Shown here: piece after piece, positions 52,979 to 64,000 of the stretch
Numbering within the stretch: position 1 is the stretch's first letter
How the letters are laid out: every line of letters starts with the position of its first letter
Assembly (NCBI GenBank): GCA_951406725.2
Contig: OX597815.1
Location: 51,708,001 to 51,772,000, forward strand
Reading direction: 5' to 3'
Length of the DNA stretch: 64,000 nt
Origin: Octopus vulgaris
Taxonomy: Eukaryota
The notes under the pieces: generated by a model
The model's database searches: none
What the model saw: only the letters and a program-made list of their open reading frames with translations
What the model was told of the DNA's origin: nothing
Position numbers and translations under genes: made by a program

Positions 52979-53465
52979 CATATCTTTTACAATAAACTTC
53001 AAATTTACTATATAGAGGGGAGGGCAACAGTAAGTATGCAGTTGCTTAATATGAGTGGAATGTTCTTTTCTCTATTTAAACCTAAGTGACTCAGAAGTTG
53101 ACTAAGGGATCTATAATTGATGCCTAGTTCATTGGAAGCCCTCATTTTTAATTTATGGGGACTTCATACTGAACATTTGAGTTGAAAAAAATTTTTTATA
53201 GTTCACACTTAGCAACTAGAGTTGCGACAAATGTGAAAAAAAGTCCAATTGAAGGAGTAGAGCAGGTAAAACCCAGGCTACATATGTTTCCTAGCTAGCA
53301 GAATCTCAGAAGTAATAATTACTCAACAAAAGGTACTCTACTAGCTACTCATCAGGTGGAAAATACCTTAATTATACGAAGGTTCCATTGTCATTATGGA
53401 ATCCCAAGTGCTAGCTAGGAAACATATGTAACCTGAAATTTACGTGTTCTACTTCATCAATTTGG

Positions 53466-53630
53466 ATACATACATACATACATACATACATACATACATA
53501 CATACATACATACATACATACATACATGCATGCATGCATGCATGCATACATGCATGCATACATGCATACATGCATACATACATACATACATACATACATA
53601 CATACATACATACATACATACATACATACA
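53466..53630. repeat. (CATA)n/(CATG)n microsatellite
   Basis: Direct reading. Confidence 0.97.
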
Positions 53631-55192
53631 CTGCTGGACAAAATCTTAAGACCAGTGAAAAACTGCCACAATAATCTCCTTGCAGACTGATATATTCAAT
53701 TATTTTTCATTAGAGATTCATAATTGGCAAACAGAAAAGGATATATGGAAACCTAAAGAAATGTTTAACATTTAATGCAGAAAATCTGCACTGAATGAAA
53801 ATGAACAATATTTTGCCTGGTCAAAAACTTAAGACCATGACAAAATGAAAAGTTTAAATTTGGTATAAACTATAAAAATTCTGGCATTTATGTTCAAGCT
53901 TTCTCTTTGTCAACAACAATGGGTTATTTCACAACAACAATGGGCAAAGCTAAAATGTTGACGAATTTTTAAACATGGTAGAATTGTATTCCTCCAGAAG
54001 CAAGGTCTTTCTCAAAGTGCCATCTCCAGCAAAATTGGTTGCAGTAAAACTGTCATTGCAAACGTCTTAAAAGAACCCTGAGGCATATGGATTGAAAAAA
54101 ATTGACTTGCCAACCAAAGAAAATTTCACTAGCATTGAGTAGAAGGATTTGATGGAAAGTTAGACAAGACACAAGTTGATCATCAAACCAGATTAAGGCA
54201 CTTACAGATGCAGAATGCAGTTCAAGAATAGGATGACATTTGAGAGAGAGAAGCTTTAAAAATTTTAAATGTCTTCAGAGACCCCGTCTTCTTCCATGCT
54301 ACAAAGTTACTTGTTTAGAATTTGCTCAGAATCACCAGACCTGGGACATTCAAAACTAGAGGAAAGTTTTATTCTTGGATGAGAAGAAATTCAACCTTGA
54401 TGGTCTTTATAGTTTCTAATGATATTGGCATGCAAAATATTTTCCACTGGAGACTTTTTAAATGAGGCACAGTAGTGAAGGCTCTAGCATGGTGTGGAGT
54501 GCTTTCTCATACAGAGGAACTATGGAATTTCAGGTTGTGCAGAGGCTCAAGCAGCAGCTGACTATGTTGGCATGTTGGAGCAGGCATCACTCTTGACTGA
54601 AGACCCTCGTATTTGTAATGAAGAATTGATTTATAAATAGGATAATATTACAATCCATAATGCTTGCAGGTCAAAAGATTTCTTCAGAACACATAACATC
54701 CATCCTTTGGATCATCCTCCATCTTCTCCAGACCTAAACCCCATCAAAAATCTTTAGGAATGGATGGCAAGAGACATTTACAAAAATGGAACGCAATCTG
54801 AGATTGCGGATGTTCTTTGTCGGGTAGTCTTCATCTTGTGGCATAATATTTTGGTCAACCTCCTGCAAACACTTGTGTTAAACATTCCACAGCAAAGTTT
54901 TGAAATTATTCACAGGAATGGCAGAGCTACTACCTATTGAGCCCCCTTTTTACTTTTTATTCATTGCTTTCATTTGTTAATTGTTGAACTTTTGACCAGG
55001 CAAAATATTGTTAGTTTTCATACAATGCATATTTTCTGCATTAAATATTAAACATTTCTTTAAGTTTTTGTATATCTTTTTTCTATTTGCCAATGATGAA
55101 TCTATAATAAAAAGAAATAGTCAAATATATCAATCTGCAAGGAGTTTATTTTGGCAGTCTTTTCACAGGTCTTAAGATTTTGTCCAGCACTG
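53629..55192 (+). mobile_element. Degraded Tc1/Tc3-like (DD34E) transposon with about 200-bp TIRs
   Basis: TA-flanked ca(c)tgctggacaaaatcttaagacc / ggtcttaagattttgtccagcactg; relic VLFLDEKKFNLDG, DN..IH, PPSSPDLNPIKNL. Confidence 0.9.
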
Positions 55193-55198
55193 TATATA

Positions 55199-56137
55199 TT
55201 AGGTCGTTAAGTATGAAATTTGTAGAAAATAAAAATGTTTGCTTACGTTTTATAGATCTAAGGAATAGTTTTATTCATCAAAGTATGCACCCATATTGTC
55301 AATACACTTTTGCCATATCAGCAGTAGCTTGTCCAGCCTGGAATTGTAAAAGCTTGGCAACCTAGAGTCAATAATATCTTGTAAGGCCTGTTTTACAGCA
55401 TCATCAGAATTAAATTTTTTTCCTACCAAAAAAGCTATCTTGTCTTTGTCCAGCCATTGTGATGAACATTTACAGATGTTATATTGGATCCATTTCTCAT
55501 CACATGTTACAATTCGATTCAAAATTGATTCATTTTTGTAATGAGAAAGTAGCATAATGCAGGCTTCCAAACATTGCTGTTTCTGATTTTCATTGAGTTC
55601 ATGTGGAACCCACTTATCCAACTTTTTCACTTTACCAATTTGAACTAGGAGAGTCAATATTGTTTGCTTGCTAACACCAAACAACAATGATATTTCACGG
55701 GCATTTTGAGATAGATCTGACTTGACAGTGGCTTTCAGTTTTTCATTATCTACCTTGTTTCTGGTCAACCATGTTGCTTATTTGTGAGTTCAAAGTTACC
55801 AGAACGAAATTTTGCAAACTAATTTGATACTGTCTGCTGTGTAATAACGTTAGAATGAAATACTCCATTAATATTCCGAACTGCCTGTGATATATTTCCA
55901 AGAAAGAACTCTTATTTCAAAACTGTATTAATTTCCAAATTGTCTATCTCTAAACAAAAATAGCAAAAAACTATTTATAAATACTTTATAAAGTATGAAA
56001 TGAGTTAGAATAAAGAAATAGATGTGTCAGCTTTCTAACAAAAAATAAAGATTGTCAAAATATAATAATGGTGCAAAATGAGCAACTTTCAAAGTTTACC
56101 ATATACCTTACTACAAATTTCATACTTGACAACCTAA
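55199..56137 (-). mobile_element. Internally deleted mariner element
   Basis: TIR ttaggtcgttaagtatgaaatttgtag / ctacaaatttcatacttgacaacctaa, TA-flanked; WVPHEL and IVTCDEKWI motifs; catalytic middle missing. Confidence 0.9.
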
Positions 56138-59100
56138 TATATATGGGTGGGTGTTTAATTCTATGTAGCAGGCATACAAACATGGCAAATTTAACTAATT
56201 GTCCATAGATTGGAAACAATGAGTAACTGCCTTAATCAATTTTTGAACCTTATTCAATTCCCATCAGAGGTATTAACTTTATTACTTGTATATAAATAGA
56301 CTGGCAACTTGTTTCCCTAAGCAAGTAGTCAATCTGCTTATATGCACAACAAATCCAGTAGCTACAGAGAACTTGTTTTGCTAATTTGCATACAATAAGT
56401 GTTTAACACTTTATATTCATCTAAGAATCTATGAGTCAAAAATAACAGGCATCATATATTACCCAAGAGAATGAGTCTATTAAATTTTATACAATACAAT
56501 ATTATGGATTAATTTCAGCCAATTTCACCAATCTGTTTCAGACATGAGAATTTGGAAAAACCAATCTCAGTTTTTTCATTCCACTTTTTAATGATACCCA
56601 CAAACCAAATGTCACACTTTCTGGCTTCCAGTGGCAAAGAGCCATTGCCCTACTTTTCCTATCAGTCTTTCTGATGATTGGTTTCACCTAACTCTCATGT
56701 GCAAAAACAACTGGTAAAATCAACTAAAATGGATATAATATTGCACTGTATAAATATTGATACATACATACATACATACATACACACATCATACATACAT
56801 ACATACACATGTCATCATTTGAAGTCCATTTTCCATGCTGGCATGGGTTGGATGGTTTGACAGGAACAGGCAAGTCAAAAGACTAAGCGTTGCTGCCTGT
56901 TTTGGGTGTGGTTTCTACTGTTAGATGCCCTTCTTAATGCCAACCAATTTACAGAGTGTACTGGGAGCTTTTTATATGGCACTAGCAACAGTGTGATCAT
57001 CAAGTAATTTGCAGGACAAGACCTCTCAACTGGGGAGGAAAGTATTTTTAAGGGACAGAAAAGGTGTCTTGCATTAGAAAAGAGACATGGCTTCCTCAGG
57101 TATGAGTGTGTATGTGTTTTGTGTTTTCTTGTCTTGACATTGCATGATAATTGTAAATAAGTATCATGGTCAGACAAGCAATGTCATTCATTTCCAATAT
57201 TCTATGAAAATATGTCTGGTCATGTGTATATAAACTGGATGAAACATTGTCCTATTTATGAGCATAATATTGTGTTGTAGCTTATGTGGACTTGGTTTAT
57301 TTGAGAATTAAATGCCTGGACCATAGACTTAGTGCATTTACACTGCCAAGATAGAGATCACTGACTCTTCAGCTGCTAATCCAACATGCAAATTAACATG
57401 GCTATCTACAATTCCTTGATATGAATAATACTGTTGTTGAATGTAAGTGGTAATCTTAATAGAGTTGAATTAGGTAAATTGAATATGTTGTAGTTTTAAG
57501 ATGTCAGGATATATGATAGAGGATTATCAACTCTTCTGAATTAGCAACATATTAATGTATTATAAAGAGAGAGAGAAAACACTATAACCTATTTTATAGT
57601 GAGATAGCTGAGCCACATAGGAAATACTTCTGATATAGTTGAAAAGCTGATAAACTACTTACTTCACACTCAAGTGATAAAAATAAACTCACACATCAAA
57701 TGCTTTGCTTTCTTTTGTAGTTGCCAGAAAAAAGGAGAAATGGAAGTTGGGATTTCAATACCTTTTTAATGGTATTAACAAGTGAAATGCAATAGCTAGA
57801 GCCAGAAGCTGAAACAAATATGTCACAAATTCATTGAGAACTTTAGTGTAGCATGTGGTTGTGTAGTTTAAATTATGACTGAAAATATTATATATGTTTA
57901 AAGTTTGTGAAGTTAAAGACCATGAAATGAAAGCACCATAGTATTGTGCTGCCAGACAAGATGCATAATTCTACTTATCTGTTTTCCTGGCCAGATTAAC
58001 TGATGAGCAGCAAGAGAGTAACCAGTTGTAAAAATGATGACAATGATGATGATAACAACAAGGACAGCAACAACAATAAAAACAATGACAATTGCGATGA
58101 TGATGATGATGATGATGGTGGTGGTGAGTAGGAGGAAGACGAGGACAACGATGACTGGCATCAAAGTTATCATTTATTCATGTTTTTGTGATTTAAAACT
58201 AAGCTTCTTCTATAATTTGTTACATAAACTAAAGTACTGTATTTGATGGCATATAACATGCCCCTTTGTGTTTTTAAGAAAAAAATAACAGCTGAATAAA
58301 GTGTCCTGCATTTTATATGCAAAGTTGAGGCCCCTTGTTGCCCACTTTCTGAGAATGAGTCTTTTAAGCAAAACGTACAAGAACAAATGGATAAGAAATC
58401 CAAACCAAGACCTTATGCCCACAAAAGGAATGATGTGATCCACTAATGTACAGGTGTAAGAGTGGATGAAGAAATCTTGGGAAATCTAAGAAGGGAAATA
58501 ATAAAGTTTTTTAAGAAGTGTCAAAGTAGTGACACTCTTCAAGGTATCAAAGAGGATGCATGATTTGAAGATAGTGATGTCAATTTTTCAATCTTTGATG
58601 ATAAAGAATCTTTTGGTTTTGAAGATTATTAAAGTTTGTCTCCATTTCTCTCCACTGTCTTTTTGTTTATGTCCAACATTAGTGGTAGCTTGCTTTTTAT
58701 AAAATGTTTTGCACTTTGTTTTCTCTGGTAATATTATGTTACTGTAGGCTGTTCGTGTATATTTTAATTGCAAGTGACCTGTTCATCTGTTGTGATTCTT
58801 TGCTTATGTTCAACCGTAGTGTTAGCTTACTTTTTACATACAGTAATGCTTTCAGTTATAGATAAGGTGTTTTTGCTTTCTCTTGCAATGTTACATTATT
58901 ACTGTAGGCTTCTCATACAGGATATTTTAATTGCAAATGACCTGCTCAACTGCTGTAATTTCCTGCTTTATGTTCAAATGTACTGGTAGCTTGCCTTTTA
59001 GGTACATTAATGTTTTCTGCTATAGCTTAGCAGCTTCTGTTTTCTCTTTCAAATAACAGTATCATTATCATGAAAATAGTTTTTCCTGCTGCCCTAGTCA

Positions 59101-59837
59101 CCTGTTTTTGTTTTTTGTTTTTTTTTTTTTCGTTTTTTTTTTTTTAATTTTTTTTTTTTTTTTTTCAATCTTTTTCTACTATACACATTTCAATAAGTAT
59201 TAAAATGCTTTAATACTCTAAAAACTTTTTCCTACACATTCCCTGCTGAAATGGGTGCATTTTCTTGCCCATGTTCCTAATATGTCATCAAATATAGTAT
59301 GTATGATTAAGTTAAGGTTTTTCAGATTGCTATTATTCTCAAACCAGCTGCAGTGTGTTATAAGTGGCAACAGACACATCCATTAATCGATATATTTTGC
59401 AGTGAAAATTATTTCTTTCTTTGTGGTTCAAATAATACATTACTAGGAGAGAAGGTATTTACACTCTTAATTATAGAAGGATCCTTCACCACAAATTCTT
59501 ATACACATAGCCCAACACTGAGAGACATTCTGTGTAATAGTGGCATCATAGAAAAGCACAGAACTGCTTTCAGTGACTACCAATCATTTCAAAGTTACAT
59601 GAGATACTACAACTCTCTCTTAAGCTTGTTTTTACCATTACAGTTAAATACTTGTTTTCAAGTATAAAATGACATATGTGTCAGTTAAGAAATCAAATAA
59701 ATGAACAAATATTACCCTTAATATTGAAGAAAAATCATTCATTGAAAACATACAAATATTTAAATTCTTTCAACTGAGACTTTGACAATGCAACTTATGA
59801 GAGGAGACAGTATAAGCACATTTTGTCTTTAGAAAGA

Positions 59838-60130
59838 CAGTGAGCTGGCAAAATGCTAAGCAGTTTTTTTGTCCATATTTATGTTCTGAGTTCAAATTCC
59901 TTTCATTCTTTTGGAGCCAATAAAATAAGTATCAGTTGAACACCAGCTTTAAAGCTTTGTGGCATGTCATTCATACTTATGTTCTGAGTTCAAATTCCAC
60001 CAAGGTCAACTTTGCCTTTCATCCTTTCGGGGCTGATAAAATAAGTATCAGTTGAGCACTGGGATTCATGTAATTGACTTATCTCCTCCCCCAAACTTGT
60101 TGGCCTTGTGCCAAAATTTGAAACCAATAT
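59838..60130 (+). mobile_element. Two tandem partial SINE family B copies
   Basis: ttatgttctgagttcaaattcc...taaaataagtatcagttga occurs twice. Confidence 0.7.
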
Positions 60131-62003
60131 TTCTACTTCTCACAAGATAGAATCTAAATTTGCAGTAAAATAATTCCATTGCAAACCAGATGTTGGTTTT
60201 AATTTTAGTAAGCAAAAGCTCACTCATTTGAATTAACTTACCTGATGAAAAACATTTAATGTTACTGAACATGTCTAGCTTGGTGGGATATGTCTAAATG
60301 GTATCTCTGATTGATACTATTTTCCTTCATTTCTCCTAGGCACCCATGGTTTATTCTTAACTCTGAAACACTTTACTTTGTCTTAAATTGACATGTAGTA
60401 AGAAGACTAGCTATTTTGACCCTTGCTTCATTCGGGTTTTGGTGGTGATGGCAACCAAACGGTAGCTCCGAGCGACTTGCAACCCTCCTCACACCATTGC
60501 TCACCCCGTTTTACTCCCAGTGTAAAATTTGGTGCCAGTCCAACCCCATCTGCCACCCCTTAAACTGTTCCCATCCCAAAATGAGGCAAATAACCAAGAA
60601 ATCAAACAACTTTTTCGCATTTCAGCTCTATAGATATTGGATTAAGATAACTGAGATGTGGCAATGAGATATAGCCATATCTGAATGTGTGGCTACAGAT
60701 GATTGTAAAAGAAAGAACAATATAGAATACATAACTTTAGCTAGATTTAACCCCCCACCTCTCTTTCTGTATGTATCCTTGTTTTAACATGTCCTTTTCC
60801 TATGCTTGCATGAGTCACAGTGGGGCAGAGTTTTCTATAGTTGGATACTCTTCTCATCATCAACTCTTACTTATTTCCCAGTTTATCAAACAACAAACAG
60901 CCTAGACATGATTCTGAGGAGAACTGCAAATAAATGGCAACATTTCAATGCACCTTTTGCTTACAAAGATCACACAATGTGTCACAATATGTTAAGAGGC
61001 CCAGACATGCTTTCATGGTGAACTGCAAGCAAATGATACCATCAGTGAGGGCATTGTATACAAGCAGTAAACATACATTAAGATGATAGAAATACAAATT
61101 GCTCAAACACACAAACATGCTTGCACACATACATGTGTGTGGTGGGGGTATGTTTATGTACATGTATGTTCAGAGGCTGGGCAAAGAGAAAAAGGGTTAA
61201 TGGACCACAGATATGCAGATAGAGCAATGGCATCAAGGATGGTGAGAACTTTAGCAGCGTGAACGTGACCATTGTGTGTAGTGAGAAGGAGTGAGTGTAT
61301 CTGAGGTTCCCAACCCTCGGTCATAAAGAAGAAAGTGAACATATTCATTCATTCATATATATATATAAATCTTTACTTCATTGAAGATTGATATATACAA
61401 AGATGAATACATATGAAGGAAGAAGAACAATCCTTGTCATAAATACAATGGATAGTACTAAACTTTAAGTGACTGCAAACCTTCACCCTATACTTCACAT
61501 TGAACAATAAAAAGTTACTCCTTATCTAAGAAAAAAAAATGTAAAATGTTAACTATGCTGCTATACAGAATAAAAAGGTGTCACATGAATGACAATAAAT
61601 AAAAAATGAGAAATATTTCTCTTGAAACAATTAAAAGTGAATATGAAGAAGCAGAAATTGGTAATTAAAATTACAAAACAATCATTTTGTTGAAATATAT
61701 GTACTTTTTTTCTGGTTTTCAATGCATAGAAATCGGTTGATGTGAATACAGTAGAAAGTGTCTCTGTTGAAGACAAGACAAATATAAACATGTTTTGACA
61801 GGTATACAAAAGAAGCATACACATCAACTTTAGTATAGCAGATGTGCAGCAAATAAAGTTAACAAATAAAAGACATATGAACATTGTGTCCAGAGATGTA
61901 ATGAAGGCTAAGGAGACAAAGGTAGAGTTGAGGGCTTAACCATTGAGGTTGGTAGTCATGTGAGAATTATATACACACATATACAAACATATAATATATG
62001 TGA

Positions 62004-62060
<57 letters not shown>

Positions 62061-62102
62061 GAAACATGTGTGTATGGAACTATATATATATATATATATA
62101 TC

Positions 62103-62855
62103 AAACTTACTTGGAAAAGAATGCGTGGCCTTCGATCATATAATAATATAAATAATATATAGATATATGCATATATACATATATGTACAAACCTACATAT
62201 ATATGTATATATACATGCATATATGGGTGCAGGACATCAAAAATACGTTGAACACACACACACACACACACACACATAAAACACAAAAACATAGAAAACA
62301 CAAACAACGGAAAAAAACAAACAGAGAAACAAAGAGGTGCAACATAAAGAATATTCCCTTCTTCAGTTGTCCCTGTTTCATCTACTCAGTGTTTTGAAGG
62401 CAAGGACAATACGCAACTTCATTGAAACAGTCCTTCCCGCAAAGCAAATTAAATAAAATTTGGGATTTTTTGCAGAGGGTGAAAGTGGTAACAAGAACAG
62501 GACAGTGAGAACAAAACAATAAAAGCAAACGTTGAGGGTTGTTAAGCCAAGACAATAGAAAATTATTATGAAACAGGGACAACTCAAGAAGGGGAATATT
62601 CTTTATGTTGCATGTCTCGTTTCTCTGTTTGTTTTTTTTCGTTGATCTAAAAAAAGTTCGTTTCTATGTATTTTGTTTTTATGTTTTCATTTCTCATTGA
62701 GTCCAACGTTTTTTTTATGTCCTGTACCCATATATGCATGTACGTATACACATATATGTAGGTTTGTCCACATATGTATGTATATATGCATATATTTATA
62801 TATTATTTATAATATTATATGATCGAACACCCCGCATCCTTTTCCAAGTAAGTTT
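62103..62855. repeat. Large inverted repeat, about 280-bp arms and 186-bp spacer
   Basis: aaacttacttggaaaagaatgcg...gttgtccctgtttcat / atgaaacagggacaac...cgcatccttttccaagtaagttt. Confidence 0.9.
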
Positions 62856-62896
62856 CATCTTAATAATTACGATGCGCACTCTTCTATCTCTACTAT

Positions 62897-62934
<38 letters not shown>

Positions 62935-63017
62935 TCTTGAGAACCAACGAATTTCAATCAAACTGTTTTGATCCATACATGGCGGTCTTTCATTTGTTCA
63001 CTCGTGTACACACACGC

Positions 63018-63080
<63 letters not shown>

Positions 63081-63139
63081 CATATAAAACACAAACATAC
63101 ACACACACTCACACTCATATAAAAACACACACACACGCA

Positions 63140-64000
63140 CACATGGTGGTTGTCTACTCCTTATGCAGAGTTTGACCACCTTAGATCCATCATGGTATCT
63201 GATGTGGCTTTTTAAACCAGACAATGTATTGAAAAGACACCACATATCCGATTTGGACCACTAAGAGTTGCAGTTAAGTTCTGATCTTTGTAGATCTTAA
63301 AATGTCTTTTGAGGCCTCCGTTACAATTGCAGACATTATGGCATACACGGCATTGGAAGGTGTGCACAGATATATAAGTAGAATAGATGATAGAGGTTCG
63401 TTTTCATGGGTCCGCAAATGAGATTTAAGCCCAGCAAAAGAAAAGTATGGTCTGTCACTAACTGTGCACACAAAAAGGTCATTTAGATTCACCTTCCCGA
63501 TTGCAACATTCTTCTTTAAATCTCTCTTGGGTCTTGCATATCTTATCCTGGTCTCCTCAAACGCTTTCACTCCACTCCAACTATTGATTACCATCCAGCT
63601 CCACCCGAAGCAAGGGTTTCTATGACCTTTAGATCCATTCCAAGTAGTCCTTATGCCATCCTTAAACCTTTTTTTTTTTGTTGTTGTTTTAGGTCTACAC
63701 CGGTTGCGTTACTCCTCTGCAAGCTCGTCATAAGACAGCTATTTGGGTGTGCGTTCATCCGCTATTCGAACAATATGACCAGACCATCTCATTTGGTTTT
63801 TCAGAATTATTGATTTCATTGAAGTGATGCCTGCAGACGCAAAGACATTGTGTCTGGAGTAAAGAAGCCCCATTTAATGTTTAAAATGCGGCGGAGGCAT
63901 TTTTGGTGGAATCGTTCAAACAATTTGAAATGTCTTTCATAATACGTCCATGTTCCAGAAGAATACAACAGAGATAGTAAGACAAACGATTTGTAAAGAG
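63140..64000 (-). mobile_element. RTE/Bov-B-like LINE 3' part with C-terminal C2H2-like fingers (continues past window end)
   Basis: Relic SLLY.SGTWTY...LFERFHQKCLRRILN, RW.GHI.R.A.ER.PK.L...L..G; W..GV..FEE.R; (CA)n at the 3' side. Confidence 0.82.

Noticed and set aside
57913-58246. Hydrophobic membrane-like ORF
   Set aside because: Degenerate (ATG/ACA)n trinucleotide repeat.
62355-62430. CTGAAGA and GAAA on the minus strand as a second hammerhead type
   Set aside because: I could not build helices I-III in the correct order.

Overview
AT-rich, repeat-dense animal genomic DNA. The SINE/LINE repertoire and microsatellite load strongly suggest an octopod cephalopod (inference, not verified). 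One clear protein-coding gene is present: a 7-coding-exon FASTK-family gene on the + strand (32405-47623, about 669 aa, most like FASTKD5, with a C-terminal RAP domain and a 21-nt micro-exon). The rest is mostly transposon-derived: a near full-length Penelope-like element (RT plus GIY-YIG, 5' inversion, 3' minimal hammerhead-like motif), fragments of CR1, RTE, R4/Dong, HERO-like and CRE-like LINEs, four Tc1/mariner relics, two non-autonomous Helitrons, TTAA-flanked MITEs, three tRNA-derived SINE families and many microsatellites. The most unusual signals are a recurring set of fold-back hairpins beside (TA)n tracts, a near-perfect hairpin centred on a 20-nt LINE tail, a variant hammerhead motif present twice, and an RTE-type LINE ending in three tandem C2H2-like fingers. 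Repeat boundaries were read by eye and are approximate; family names come from remembered motifs, not database searches.
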